Of a DNA stretch of 64,000 bases, positions 27,673-41,437 are shown one piece after another. Origin of the DNA: Eledone cirrhosa (Eukaryota); NCBI GenBank assembly GCA_964016885.1, contig OZ024743.1:318990001-319054000 (forward strand). Reading direction: 5' to 3'. Made by a program: the position numbers and the translations under genes. How positions within the stretch are numbered: the first letter of the stretch is position 1; the number at the start of each line of letters is the position of its first letter. The notes under the pieces were generated by a model that was given only the letters and a program-made list of their open reading frames with translations, was not told where the DNA came from and made no database searches.

Positions 27673-28267
27673 ACTCTTGTTTCCGGTTAAATAATATTGA
27701 TTTAAAACATTTTGCATAATCAACTTATTTTATTCGTTTATCGTTGCCTTTTTTCTAGGAAACTCTATTGAGTCATTGAACAATTTAAGTACACTAAAAT
27801 CATAATAAATATAACATAAGGGTGCCTTGTATTTGCTGTATATGCTGTTTGAATTATTTATAAAATTGAACATGCCTAATATTAGAGATCTTCCTAAAAT
27901 AGGAGTGTGGGTAAGAGGGTTGGCTGATTTAAAAATAGTTCCTATACTTTGTTAAGTATTGACAGTAAGTATTTAGAGGAAATACATTTTCAGATTGATG
28001 CAACTTAAAAGTTTGAGAAATGATGCAAGATGATTCGTGACAAGTCTATGAAAATAGTTTAGTGTGGGTTGTACAGAACGGAAAGATGAAATCATCAAGT
28101 ACTGCTCAGTGCAGATGAGATTACGTAAAAAATGTTGGATTATTCGTTGATGAACCAAAGACTAAAGAATGCCAGCATTTGAAATGTAGAATATAAATAT
28201 TACTTAAGAACTACGTATGATTAACCAACGTCAGTATAGGCGTAGATTAATGTTAGGCATATGAGTA

Positions 28268-28460
28268 ATTGTTTCTGATTTAGGCATAAGGCCAACACTT
28301 TGGGGGAAGTGGAAAGTCAATTAAATCGACCCCTGTGCGTTATCGGTACTTTATTTTATCGATACCTTAATGGCATTTGAACTCAGAACGTAAAGGACTG
28401 TAACTATATGCTGCAAATCATATTATCCTATGCTCTACCGATACTGCCAATCCAACATTC
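28268..28460 (-). mobile_element. SINE family B
   Basis: Reverse-strand homology; TTAGGCATATGA duplicated on the flanks. Confidence 0.7.
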
Positions 28461-28933
28461 TTAGGCATATGAATGATGCTATATGTTAGTGTTTTATATA
28501 TTTTAGAGAGATTCTTCGGCCCACGGAGCCAGATCTCTGCTACGTCATGCATCAAAGGTATTTTGCCTTTAGGATCTCGAGGAACTTCCATATCTGGGAT
28601 GATAGCGTCTTAGCTAATTGTTTCCTCAATGGATGTCTTCCATATCTCAACTCTACGATTTGAATTTCCATTTCAACGTGTATGTGGTTGAGTATTCACC
28701 AGTCACGCTTAATCTAAATGTAATTCTCAGGCAGACCCAACGTGACACTATGTGACAAGGCTTGGTCTCTGATTACAGATATAATCCATAGGATGTGTTT
28801 CTGTTAACCTAGGATTGGATTGATCCGAAGCTATATTAAAGACACACAATGTGATCGAGCCTCGTGATATATGACTATACTAATATACATGTATTCTCTG
28901 GAAGAATTCCTGTGTTACTAGTATTTACAACAG

Positions 28934-29134
28934 TACAAGGGTAGGCTGAACTGTTCATAGGCTGACTTTGAAGGAGTGGTGAAGAGCTATGAAATCTTCC
29001 ATGCATTAATTTCAACTCTTCGTATTAATAACTGCATTGTCTTTCTCCAGGGACTATGTTGAAAAATAAACTTCATTTGGTCATTCCATGAGAGTATCTT
29101 GGTCAGCCTATGAACTTTTCAGCCGACTCTCATA
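28934..29134. mobile_element. Tc1/mariner-type MITE
   Basis: TIRs TACAAGGGTAGGCTGAACTGTTCATAGGCTGAC / GTCAGCCTATGAACTTTTCAGCCGACTCTCATA with TA ends. Confidence 0.75.
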
Positions 29135-29189
29135 AAATATTTTGATAGAAAATAACACCGAGAAGTAAAAGAAATAGCTCTAACAACAA

Positions 29190-29690
29190 AGTTTAACAGT
29201 AATGGAAGACATGAGACTGAACTACTTGCATGCATTGCAGGAGCTGGTACAGCAATGCACCAACTTCAGCATTCAATCATCAGAAGAAGGAAGGTATGTG
29301 TTAAAGCCAAACTCGCTATCTTTAATTCGGGGTTCGTACCAACCCTTAGCTATCTTGGGTAATAACCGAAAGAATACGATCGCGAATACAAGCGACCAAA
29401 ATGGGATTCCTCCGAAGGGTCTTTGGAGTAAAGTTACTTGATAGAGTGCGTAGCTCAGAGATCAGAGAGTCACTCCAGATTGAGCCGATACTTCTCTGAA
29501 TTCAGAGATCACAGCTCTGATATTACATACATGTAATTAGAAGGTCTTAAAGGAAGAATAACTGGACAGGGATACATAATCCGGCAGGAGACATAGGAGT
29601 AGACCCCGAGCAAGATCATTGGATAACATCCATAAGCTTGGCTGGTCTCATTTGGGAATCCAGCCAGATTAATTGGAGTAGGTAGCTTCT
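29190..29690 (+). mobile_element. Degenerate RTE LINE 3' fragment
   Basis: Manual frame FNSNGRHETELLACIAGAGTAMHQLQHSII...KAKLAIFNSGFVPTLSY; downstream matches the 21350-21735 family. Confidence 0.7.
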
Positions 29691-30327
29691 AATAGGAACC
29701 TCTAGAAAGCGTGTCTGAGCAAGAAAGATGCTTTATTTCATGCAGCTCCAATCCATTCAGGTTCAAAGGGCCAGTTTTGTCACGCTTAACTTTCACAAGA
29801 AGTACCTTAAGAGTGCACATGTCTGTGGAATGCACTGGAATTTGCATGTTAATTTCTCTAGCAGTCTGTCCCGTTGTTCTAACTACTGGATCCTTTGTCA
29901 TTAGGACGGACGGATGTCTAATATATTAATCTTAATATGTATAAAATAATTATATTTTCTTGAGTCCTGTTATTACGATAATAATCAATGCCGTATGTTG
30001 AATATAAATTGTTTTTTAATGATAATTTGTTATTACAACTCTTTCTGTAATATTTTTTTCAGTTGCAAAAAAAAAAAAAAATTAAAATTACGAAAAATGC
30101 AAATGTAACAGATTTTTTTCCATTTAGTCATGTTGTACGAGTTTAATGATCGAATGCTTGCAACAAAGTAACCTCCCCTGCTACTTATTTTATTGAACCA
30201 GAAAGGATGAAAAGCAATGTATATCTCGGCATGATTTAAACACAGAATGCAGAGGCCCGAACCAAATATTACCAGGTAGTTACGTAACTTTAGCTCTAAT
30301 AACTATGTTAATTCGATGTCTAATAAA

Positions 30328-30406
30328 TACAGGTGTCCATAAAATCCACGTGCAATTTAAAATACAAGTATTTTAAATTGTACACGGCCTTTATGGACAC
30401 CCTGTA
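30328..30406. mobile_element. ~80 bp palindromic Tc1/mariner MITE
   Basis: TACAGGTGTCCATAAA...TTTATGGACACCCTGTA. Confidence 0.75.
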
Positions 30407-30519
30407 CTTGCAACTTTTTCCTTCCATTTATTTTCGAGGTTAATTTTGTATTTCATCGGTGTGTCTATTACTAATAATTTCATCTGTTTGATATTGTGTG
30501 TATGTTTTTCTACTTATAA

Positions 30520-30730
30520 TCTTATTCTTCGCCTATTTATTGCTGGGAGAGTTGCGGGGTCAGAGTCCTCAAGTACTCCTTCCAGCTGGTACTGCCAAGA
30601 GTAACCGTCTCCAATTGATCTGGCTGGATTCCAAAGCGAAACCAGCAGAGCTCATGTATGTTATTCAACCATCTTTCTCGAGGTCCACCCCTGGATCTAC
30701 TGCCAGCTGGTTTAGCCCATCCAGCATATT
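30520..30730 (-). mobile_element. RTE LINE 3' fragment
   Basis: AKPAGSRSRGGPRERWLNNI; same family as 21350-21560. Confidence 0.65.
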
Positions 30731-31029
30731 TCATTTTAACTTCAAATGTAATAGAACAGCTAACCCCTTGCTAATTCCTAGGTTTTATTAGAAACATTTA
30801 CCAAGTATTAAAGATTCAATATGATATTGTAAATCATTGTTTATATGCATAACTAATATAATTTGGGGGAATAAAAATCATAAAAAATTTCTTAAATTTC
30901 TCTCCCCGCACCTCTCTTTCTCTCTCACACACGCATATATGTACATACTCTTTTACCATCCCCTTTTCAACGTCACTAATGTTTTACACTAAATATACAA
31001 CGGGTTTAATGTAATATATATTTTTGTAA

Positions 31030-31350
31030 AAGGCAGCGAATTGGTGGAATCGTTAGAACGTTGGATAAAATACTTTGCGGTATTCGTTCCAGCTCTCTAC
31101 TCTCAGAGTTCTAATCCCGCCGAGGTCAACTTTGTTTTTCATCCTTTTGAAGGCGATACAAAAAAGTCTTAGCACAGTACTGGGGTCTATTCTTCTATAT
31201 CGCCTTTTCACTTCCTCTCTATCCCTTCCTCTTTCTTTTTCTTGAATGAAATCGGCTGCGTTCAGACATGGAGAGGTAGGCGCTCCGCCAGGCTTAAAAT
31301 GCTCACGACCCGCCCTAAGGTGCCCTCACTATTCCTTCAGGAGTTACGAA
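31030..31350 (+). mobile_element. SINE family B with alternative long 3' tail
   Basis: tRNA head and GCCGAGGTCAACTTT body; tail shared with 35835-36170, 39135-39452, 41140-41437 and 18760-18930. Confidence 0.7.
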
Positions 31351-31474
31351 TCCATATATATTTTTTGTAAAAGTATGATATTTAACAGAACATATTTGTC
31401 ACTTCTATTAATATGTTATAACTTAGGGTCATTTCATTTTCAGGGAGGTGAATTTAAAAAAATTAACATCTAAT

Positions 31475-31810
31475 CCAGAACCTTCTCACTCCTGTTGAAG
31501 GAAACTCTCCCTGGTTGACCCCCACCACTTTAATCATGTCAGGGATGTAGCCATAATAAATTATGATTGGCCAATTGCGTGTTGGTGAGGCTATTTAACC
31601 CATAGTAATAGGGGTGGATGGCCGTTGAATCTGAGGTGTTCATCCACGCTTTTTAACAGTTCTTGTTTCTTGTGCTGCTGGGGTTCCACTTACCCTCCTC
31701 ACGGGACCAGGGTCTGGTGGGGGAGTCGGTTTAGATACTGACTACTCGACAACGAAGCAGGTTGTACTGGGTTACATGGTACCAGTAGCAGGCAGAAGCC
31801 TGACCTGACC
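31475..31810 (-). mobile_element. Putative retroelement 5' leader related to the 23884 family
   Basis: Reverse complement GGTCAGG...GCTACTGGTACCATGTAACCCAGTACAACCTG...GAGGAGGG aligns with the 5' end of 23884-24000; ATCATTTTCAGGGAGGT-like duplication on the flanks (about 31430 and 31813). Confidence 0.6.
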
Positions 31811-31989
31811 ATATCATTTTCAGGGAGGTTAAATAAAAAAAATTAACATGATATTTTAATAACAAAAACATTCCTACATTTACAATTATACAAACATTAA
31901 TAAAACGTTAATTAAATTGATGTGAAATATTTAGGAGATATTTCCTGTGTTCCTATTCAGAATAAAATAAACCTTATCAAAATAAAAAC

Positions 31990-32545
31990 TATTTATATAT
32001 AATTATAAACAAACATATTCTATATACAGAATTTTACAATGTCACGAAAGAAAATTGACATTATATAAAAATTATTGAACAGCAACTAGTAAAAACAAAA
32101 CACACTATTAAAGGAAAGAAAAAAATAAGAGAGACAGACACTACACATCAGTTCGAGAGGTGCCTTAGTCGCGCCCCGCCCACAAAATGGCACAAGCGTT
32201 ATCGCACAGAAGGACCAGAGACACCCGTTGCAACAACCACCCCACTTCACAGGGCTGCCTCCTCAAGCGGTTGCCCATTTGTTCGACTTTACGGAGAAAA
32301 TCATCAGGACTAAGGAGGCCAGAGGTCTCGATGGAGACCGGTGCAAAGAAGAAGCGGTCGGTCAGGCCCCTTCTGATGATGTCGTTCAAGTGACGTGCGA
32401 GCCCGTCTGCAGTAAGGCAGTAAAATAACGGGTACTGACTGAACTCCTCGACCACTGTTCCACAACGGCATCTGGGTGGATCACATACGCAGAGGCCGGC
32501 GCGAAGTAAGACGAGATGGTGTTATTCCGAGGAAGACTCGATCCG
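31990..32545 (-). mobile_element. CRE-like non-LTR retrotransposon 3' end (RLE domain)
   Basis: FFFAPVSIETSG...FLRKV...EVGWLLQRVSLVLLCDNACAIL; copies at 41850-42280 and 12810-13100. Confidence 0.65.
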
Positions 32546-32844
32546 CCTTGTCTTTCCATATTTCTAATGAAACCACTGCAGATATAATTTAATTTATTCT
32601 GAAAATAATCAAGAATTTGGAAAGATTCAGTAAAATATTATTAAACTAATGTTTGAGCATAACATAACAAAGAGTTTTCCAAAAACATTTTATAGAAAGT
32701 TTAAATTTTATAGAAAGTATTTTTTGTTTGATTCATAGAAACATGGTTTCAGGGTGATTAGTATAAAAAGGGTTTAAAAAAAAAGGGTATTACTTTTTGG
32801 TGTGCTGATTCAACACCTTAAAATATTGATAATATTTTCTAGAT

Positions 32845-33747
32845 TAAATCATCCATTGTCTGTCTGTGTGTGTGTGTGTGTGTGAGTTTGAATCCCTAAA
32901 GCTCGATAACCAGCCAAACGACTGTTTTCAAACTTTACACATGTAATACTTATGTTTCAGGGAGTGTTCTGAAGAAAAAGAATTTCAAATTTTCAATGCC
33001 CTAGGGACCGCATTAGGTGATTTAGCGATCTCTCTCTATAATTCTTAGTCTTTCTTTTTTTAGATAGATACATGCATATAACGTCGCGCCCTTATAATAT
33101 CTGTCTGTATGTCTGACTGTCTGCATTACGTCACTTCCCTGGGGATGTCTGTGTGTGTGTGTCTGTCTGTGAGTTTAAATCCCTAAAACTCGAGAAGTAC
33201 CCAAACGACGTTTTTCAAACTTTACATGTGTATTACTTACGTTTCAGGGAGTGTTATGCACATAAAAAAAATTCGACTTTTTGATCCCCTGCGTTTTTTC
33301 AGGTTTTTAGTGTTTTTTTGAATCGTTACGTCAGACTGATTTCCTTGAAATTGTAACTATGTATTAGTCAGTCTCTTCTTCATACCGTGAGCAAAGAAAA
33401 TGCAACTTTTTTTTATGGCCTAGGGCCCGCATTAGGTGAAAAACTTCACTTTTTCAACTTTTTAGGGCTTTTTGGAGGCGTTACGTCTAGCCGATTTCCC
33501 GAAATTTCAAGGCATATTATGCACATACAAAAATTTCATTTTCTTGATCCCCTAGGGCCTGCATTAGGTGAAAACCTGCATTTTTCCTGCTTCATCGAGA
33601 AAAATCTTAAAGATTATCCAGCCCTCAGAGTATTCGGTTTATTTTCTTTACATATTGTCCACGCATGTAGTTTTTCCACGATTATGTCTGTTGGCGGTCC
33701 GCGTTCCAAAATACCTTATCCCGTGCAACGCCGGGTACCACTGCTAG
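32845..33747 (+). mobile_element. Non-autonomous Helitron
   Basis: 3' hairpin CCCGTGCAACGCCGGG then CTAG-T at about 33720-33748; 5' (TG)n-containing segment internally duplicated. Confidence 0.7.
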
Positions 33748-34139
33748 TAAATAATAAAATAAGGTCGCATAAACTATATAAAACGTTTCTATATTGTATC
33801 CAAATTTGATAAGACCAGTCTACACCACACTAGTATGCAGATGATATATGCCATGATGCGGTAGTTAAGACCATCTAAACTGTGTACTCAGTTTTATATA
33901 TATTTTTCATGCTCTATGTTTTTGCATACGTATACACACATGTAATCGCACCTATAGCAGCATACCTACATAGAGACATGTATGGCAACGAATAGTAAAC
34001 CATAAGTCCTAACTAAAATATTTGCTCTACTTATTTTTTTTGGACGCACAGAGGTCGATTTTATCACATTTCCCTTCCCGCACAATTGCTGGACTTGTGC
34101 CTAAATCAGAAACCATTATTATCTATTGTTGGTGCTGTT

Positions 34140-34360
34140 GTTGTTCTCGAGGGCGTGGTCGCGAGTGATGGATGGCAGGAGGCTGAATTATATGTAAGAA
34201 TTGCAGGAGATACACTGATGCGCCAGATACAGCATTCGGCCACCAGAATAAAGGAAGTAGGTGTAAAAGCCAAACTCATTATGTTCAATTCGGTATTCGT
34301 GCCGCCAACCATACCTATGGTCATGAATATTGGGTTAATGACCAAAAGTATACGGTTGTG
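34140..34360 (+). mobile_element. RTE LINE internal fragment
   Basis: GVVASDGWQEAELYVRIAG...KAKLIMFNSVFVP...TYGHE. Confidence 0.65.
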
Positions 34361-34384
34361 AACAAAATAAAAATAAAAATAATA

Positions 34385-34600
34385 ATCGTTTCTTATTTAG
34401 GCACAAGGCCATCAATTTTTGGGGAAGGGGGAAATTAATTAAATCGACCCTGGTTCGTTACTGGCACTTTATTTTATCGACCCCGTAAAGATGAGAGCAA
34501 AGGAAACCTCGGCGGGATTTGAACTCAGAACGTAAAGAGGTGTAATTATATGCCGCAATGCATATTGTCCAACGCTCTACCGATTACTGGAAATCCATCG
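34385..34600 (-). mobile_element. SINE family B
   Basis: Reverse-strand homology (CCTCGGCGGGATTTGAACTC). Confidence 0.8.
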
Positions 34601-34782
34601 CCATGATGAAATAACAAAAATAATGCAGAAAAAAAAAGGAGAAAAATGAAATGACGAAGAAACAAGATACATATCGATGATGCGTTTCCCTGATAGATTA
34701 TTATGGTGTCATCGAAGAAGTGTTTGAACGTACAGCATGCGCTGGGGGATCCTTTAAATGGGTCGTGTCGCATGGGTTAAGG

Positions 34783-35280
34783 CAGGGGTTGGCAACCTAC
34801 GACCCACAGGCCGGATTCGGCCCGTGAAGGGATTTTGACCAGCTCGCGAGAACTGATTCCCAATATGTTGTTTATTTGAAATTTAACTTTATTGTAATAT
34901 GAGATACGAGACATCGAATACAATAAAAGGCCTGCTGTTACATTCTTTCACAAATCTTCTAAATCACTCTACCTAATGTCCACCACCAACCGGATGTGAA
35001 CGCTTTGACAGCAAAAACACAATTAAAAATTTGTCGCGTACGCAGGGCTCCGCACATCATTTCCGCTCACACAACACCAAAATAATAACAATACAATTCC
35101 GAAACATTTCTATCCAATCACCACCACTCCCGCGTAAAAAATAAAACAAAAAACTGAGAGACGACTTGAGCCTGTCGACGGACATAAAAAGATTACCCCG
35201 AAGGGACAATTTTTTAATGGCCTTCGTCCGGCCCGCTCTCCGTCATTAATACTCGATCCGGTCCCTGGGTTAAGGAATCT
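34783..35280. mobile_element. hAT-Charlie-like non-autonomous element
   Basis: CAGGGGTTGGCAACC start with subterminal GGCCCG motifs at both ends; right TIR degenerate. Confidence 0.55.
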
Positions 35281-35453
35281 GGTTTTCAAATGAGTAGCAG
35301 CGGCAATGACATACTAACACCAATAAATACACCTACTGCGGGGCTAGAGTCGAAAAGCGGGCTAGCGGTTTGATTGTCCTTAGAAAGCAGCGCTGGCAGT
35401 GATATCGTCCATGGTAGTAAAATAATCATCATTTTCAACAACAAAACAATAAG

Positions 35454-35499
<46 letters not shown>

Positions 35500-35560
35500 T
35501 AAAACATACACAGACATGGTCTGGACCCGTATATACCCAAGGTTACATAGGTACACTTAT

Positions 35561-35755
35561 CAGACCAGCCAACCTCTAAAACCTTAAACGGGCAGTACTA
35601 TGAAAAAAAGTGCCCCAAAACGGGGAGAAATGAGGCAAAATGGGGAGATTTTGCATAATGAAAGCTATGTCCATCTTCACAAGAGAAGGCATCTCTCACC
35701 CACCTCAAAGTGGGTAGGAGATCTTCCCGTCAGACGGGGAGAGTTGATAGGTCTG
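35561..35755. mobile_element. MITE, second copy of 17911-18104
   Basis: CAGACCAGCCAAC / GTTGATAGGTCTG with a shared internal sequence. Confidence 0.7.
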
Positions 35756-38679
35756 ACTAATAGACGGTAGCTTCTGCAGTTTCCGTTTAAGAAATTCTAT
35801 TCACATTGCATTGGTCAACATTGTACGTATGTATGAACCCTTAGCTTCTGATGGAGTTGTAGGGGCGTCGTAGTAACATATGGTGTTTCTTGGTCGTTTT
35901 TAAAACCTGGCGAAGCCCATCTCCTCCCCTTGTCTGAACACAACCGATTTCTTCTATAGAAAGAGAGTAGGTGATAGAGAGAGAGGAAATGAGAAAGAAA
36001 TATAAAGGAAGAATCCACCCCAGCGCTAGACTGGTATTTTTTTATCCACCTCAAAAGGATGAAAGACAAGGTTAACTTTGGTGGGATTTGAACTTACAGA
36101 GCAGAATGCCTAAACGTATATCGCAAAACATTCTAACCAACGTTCTAATTATCCTGCCAATCCCCCAGCTTTTGTCAATATTAACTCACTGTAAAGGACT
36201 CTCGCTCAAGTTGCCATGAGGGGAAGACTGAACACGGAACCACGTGGTTGCGTAACGATCTCGTTAGCTACGCAATCATGCCTGCACCGAGATTTGTCTC
36301 CATTAAAAAGTAGTTCAAATTTGTGCAATGTAAAATAACTGCGTAGATTAATTATAAGAACAGTTGCAAGGGTTTCGAATAACCAGTCGCCTAAGTATAA
36401 CAAATATATGGTAATTTGTTTTTGCTACAGAACTACTAAGAAAGATATATGTATTTCGTAAAAATAAAAATAAGAAAAAACGTTTCTTTTAGCTGACGCA
36501 GGTTCTGTTTGGTCAGGGCGGAACCAACTAACGCAATAGGTTTTATTTAATAATTAGTCCACTATTAAATCGCCTATCTTACTATTCTATCTTCGTCGTC
36601 AAGTAGGAGATTTGGTGTAAGGGGAAACGTTTTGAAAAGACTGAATTACAAATATAAGGATGTATAGTGCTGCTGAATGGTTATAGTTTGCTATTTACAA
36701 TCGTATTACACCATACTTACATCTTATTATCCCCTGTACAGTTTCTGTAAGTAAAAATAACCTATATCTTAATTAAAAAATCTCAAAGGATATTCTTAAA
36801 TATATATATTTTTTAGAAATAAATTCGACTATATTTAGGAATTTATTTATAGACATATGCATGGTTGTATGAATAGGAGCTTCGCTTCTCAACCACAGTG
36901 TTTCAAATTCAGTGCCACGATGTGGAACCTTGAGCAAGTGTCTTCTGCTTTAACCTCGGGTTGACCACTACCTTATGAGTGAAATTTGATAGGTTCTATG
37001 TGGAAACCTCATATATATATATATATATATATATAATAAATAAATGTATGTATGTGTGTTGAGTATTTCTTTCTTTCTCGTAAATTAGCGGTTCGACAAG
37101 GAGAGCAGGATAAAATAAATACCAGACTTGAAACCAATAAAAAGAATATATGAAGAAGAATGCTAACATAGAATATTTCATTTCTTGAGCAAGACATTTT
37201 AATTAAGTTTGTCCATCCATGGACTCTTAACTTTCATACAGGCATGCTTTGACCAGCTTTCTCCAGGTCTGAATACAATAGATTTTTCCGAGAGAGAGAG
37301 AGAGAATTGACCCCAACACTGGACTGGTAGTTTATTCATTCAGCTCAGATGGATGAAAGACTAAGTTGATCTCTGCAGGAATTGAACCCACACCTCAAAG
37401 AACCGGAACAAGTATAGCAAAACATTCTATCTGATGTTCTAACGACACTGGCAATTCGCCGCCTTAATTAACTTTTTATATCAGATTAATTCTTATTGTA
37501 GAAAAGATTTAATATACATCCACATTGATGCACATATAGAATTAATACACACACACGCACTCACTGATATACATATCTGTGAAACACATTCACATTATCC
37601 ACAGAAACGTACGGAATTCCAAACTCTAGTTAGCATTACATTTTTCATTGCTATAAACACGTTTATGGCTCGAATTGGGATTAGTTGTTTCTTTGTCACA
37701 AAGAGCTAGTACAAGATATTTTAAATATTTTAAAGTTATTATTTATGAATCTATTTAAAAGTCAATCCATTATTCTCGTGATATTTATTTTGAGGCATTT
37801 TATTTCAAGCTAATCAAAGAAAAAAAAGAAAAGAAATATAACACAAATTCCAAACAAAATATTTTCCCGTGTTGTATGTAAGGACTTCAACGATGTGTTT
37901 TGTAAAGTAACTGAGGACACATGGTCGCAATATTCTCTGTGTGTAACTCAATACGCCTTTTAATGCCAACAACTTTTAGCTTGTCCCATTTAAGGCTAGC
38001 ATTATTCTAAAGTACTTGCGCCATTCAGTCCGCTTCTTTGGATATCTGAAAGGGAAATTGTTTGGATTTACTGGCATTTCTAACTGCTGGTATCGAAATA
38101 TTTACAGCCTACCCCCACCCGTCATTGTTTTGTTTTTACATTTTAAGTATGAGATAATTCATTTGATAATAATATGAAACTAGAATGCCAGTGGTAATTT
38201 TAATACACCCATTATGGATCTGACTACATTACATGGAAGTAAACGGCGACGACGAAGAGAAAATAAGTTGTAAACAACTTAAGTTTGCAAGACATAACCA
38301 GTCAATAACGACTCACTACTACTGCAATTCATACAAGAGTAAAATACTACTTTACATATGTGTGAAGACGCGTGTTTAGGGGTTAGGAGTGCTCGGCTTA
38401 CAATAAAAAAGTCGGGTGTTCGATTCTCGGAGAGAAGTTGTCTCTTAAGCAAGTCAGGTTGCTTTTGTTTACTAATATTCACTTTACTAAAGTAGGTCAG
38501 TCTTCTCACGCTGAATCTCCCTAACAGTTCTGTTAAGAGTGCACGTGTTTATGAAATATCCAGCTACTTACACGTTGATTTCACTCGAACAACTGGAAGG
38601 AACACCTGTCATCGGAACTGACTATGGTTCAACACACACACATGTATGTAAGTATGTATTAGTGATAAGCTTTCGTGTT

Positions 38680-38895
38680 AGGGCGGTGGATTAGCAGTAT
38701 TGATAGAGCACCAGTTAACATGCTTTGCGGCATATAGTTGCATCCCTTTACGTTCCAAGTTCTAATCCTGCTGAGGTTTGCTTTGGCTTTCATCCTTACG
38801 CGGTCGATAAAATATAATACCTGTAAAGCACAGAGGTCAATTTAATCGAAAGTCCCCTCGCCCCAAACTGTTGGCCTTGTGTCTATATCTGAGAA
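38680..38895 (+). mobile_element. SINE family B
   Basis: GGGCGGTGGATTAGCAG head and body homology; TAAGCTTTCGTG duplicated on the flanks. Confidence 0.75.
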
Positions 38896-39134
38896 CCAGT
38901 AAGCTTTCGTGCACAGCCAGCTGGAGGTCAAGTGATATAATTTAAGTATATGTGAAAACTTTAATGATGTTTAATAAATTATTTAAGAAAAATATGCTTT
39001 TTTAAAAATTCTTAGTTAGCAGTGGCACTTTTGTGAGTTGATATAATTTCTTGCATTCAAATAAGTTTATCCATATAATTATTCTGTTGCTATTTTAAAT
39101 AAAATACGAACTCTATAATAAAGTTAATGTATGT

Positions 39135-39452
39135 ATGGTCCCGTAACTCTCTTGATAGAATCGTAGGGGCGACGTATTGACATACGGCGTTTCTTGGTCA
39201 TTTTAAGCCTGGCGGAACCCACTCCTCTCCATTCCTGAGTACAGCAGATTTCTTCCAGAGAGTGAGAGAGAGGAAATGAGAAAGAGATGTAGAAGAAGAA
39301 TCGACTCCAGTACTAGACTGGTACTTTTTTTATCGACCTCGAAAGGATGAAAAGCAAAGTTGACCTCGGCAGGATTTGAACTCAGAGAGCCGGAACGAAT
39401 ATCATAAAACATTCTATACGACATTCTAACGACTCTGTCAATTCGCCGCCTT
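39135..39452 (-). mobile_element. SINE family B with long tail
   Basis: Reverse-strand head GGCGGCGAATTGACAGAGTCGTTAGA and B box GAGTTCAAATCC. Confidence 0.8.
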
Positions 39453-39741
39453 AATAAGGTTACTTTGAAATTAAGACTCCTAACCTATTTCAACGAAAAG
39501 CTGATCTTGATGGGATTTAAACTCAGAATGGGATGAGTCAGAGATTAACTTTACTTTTCCTTTTTAGGGGCCAACAAAATAAAGTACTAGACCAGTCCTG
39601 TGAATTAGCATTACTTGTAATTTTTTAATTGTATATATTTATCATATACTCTCGGATCTCGAATAATATTCCCCCACCACATACTCGCTTACCAATTTTT
39701 CAAATTTTTTCCAATCTACCCCCATTTATTAAATTTTGCCC

Positions 39742-39921
39742 GAATTGGCAGTATCGGTAGAGGGTTGGACGCCATGCTTTGGCGCATAGAGTTACGGCCC
39801 TTGCCATTCTGAGTTCAAATCCCGCCGAGGTTAACTTTGCCTTTCATCCTTATGGGGTCGATAAAATAAAGTACCAGTAATGTACTGGATAATTGCTGGC
39901 CTTGTGCCAAAAGTAGAAACA
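39742..39921 (+). mobile_element. Young SINE family B
   Basis: 14 bp TSD ATTAAATTTTGCCC at 39728-39741 and 39922-39935. Confidence 0.85.
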
Positions 39922-41041
39922 ATTAAATTTTGCCCCAGGACAGAACAGTGTTGACAGCGTTGCTTGTGGGACGCTATGAACATTTTTACGTTCAGAGGCT
40001 TTTATGCCCAATTTATTAGGTTATTTTTCATAGTAAAAAAATATGTGCATTGATTATGTGTTTATGAGAGTTGCTACTAATTTTATTTAAGTAGTTGTAT
40101 TATTTCATGTTGAAATTATTTAATTCTGTCAGTTAGTTGTTTACTACAAATATACCTCGTGATATGGTTTTGAAATACTTCCAAATTTGAAGTTGATTTT
40201 GCAGACCAAATGACACACAAGTACAGGCACAACGGCTGTAAACAGCTAAAATCAATACTAGAACGAAATCTAGGAAGGCAGGTCAAGCCCCTTTTTTATT
40301 TCCCAGCAATACGTGCATATAGAATATTAAATTAGCAAGTTTTAACCGTTCTTGACTCCAAAGATCTGATTCTTTGTTTACTAACGATGCAACTGGAATG
40401 TGATGGCATGCTTATACTCCAACTGTGAAAACCAAACAATTAACGATAGAAAAACGTGGAGTCAATTATACGTTAGGTGTTGATAGTCTTGAAATCTTTA
40501 TATACACACATTGTCGGCATTTCTTATGTGTGTTTATATGTTGTATGTGGGTATTTGTACGCAGAAAAGTATTGGAGAAAAATCCAGACAGGCCATTCAA
40601 TAGATTACATCGCAGTGTTGGCAGAAATGTTCCGTCTTTTCTAAACATGTTGCTAACTGTACTAAAATTACATTTTAGATTTTAGTTTCACAGAAGGGAA
40701 ACGGATGAGTGAATAAAACATAGGATTTAAGTCTCATGAGCAATGAACACGTGGGATAAATACGAAATAAACACTTTTTTATGAAACAAAAAACATGAAC
40801 ACCAAGTACTACTTGTTTATATTCAATTGAACATCTACGATTCTCTGTAATATACGTTTATACTTTTTTGATTAAATTGTGACCATTCTGAGGTATGCCC
40901 TTGATTTATCGATCATATCGACCTCAGTACTACTTCCTTTTCATGTTTGGTACTTATTTTATCGATTTCTCTTTTGTATAACCACCAAGTTGACAGACAT
41001 AAATAAAGATATAGGGACAGACATAGACACACACACACATC

Positions 41042-41096
<55 letters not shown>

Positions 41097-41139
41097 GATA
41101 GATAGAGAAAGAGAGAGAGTTCGCTTTTCAAACGCGTAA

Positions 41140-41437
41140 TTCTAGTGAGGCGCCGCATTGACATACAGCGATCCTAGGGCTTTTTAAAACCTGATGACGC
41201 CCATCCCTCTCCAACTCTGAATACAACAGATTTCTTCAAGAGAAGGATAGAAAGTGATAGAGATAATGTGAGGAAGAATCGACCCCAGTACTAGACTGGT
41301 ACTTATTTTTTACCAACCATGAATGAATAAAAGGCAAATTGACCTCGGTAGGATCTAAACTCAGAGAGCAGAAAGCCCGAACGAATACTGCAAAGCATTC
41401 TATCCGACGTTCTAACGAATCTGCCAATTCGTCGCCT
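41140..41437 (-). mobile_element. SINE family B with long tail
   Basis: Homology to 39135-39452. Confidence 0.75.

Noticed and set aside
29150-29300. Apparent exon with AG acceptor and GTATGT donor
   Set aside because: An alternative frame reads through the donor as RTE ORF2 sequence, also seen at 34140-34360
31690-31750. HDV-like ribozyme (CCC-TCCTCAC-GGG resembling P3/L3)
   Set aside because: No P1 partner found, and the related 23884 family lacks the GGG needed for P3
41190-41200. CTGATGA hammerhead core
   Set aside because: No downstream stem II/GAAA; homologous SINE tails read CTGGCGG/CTGGCGA here
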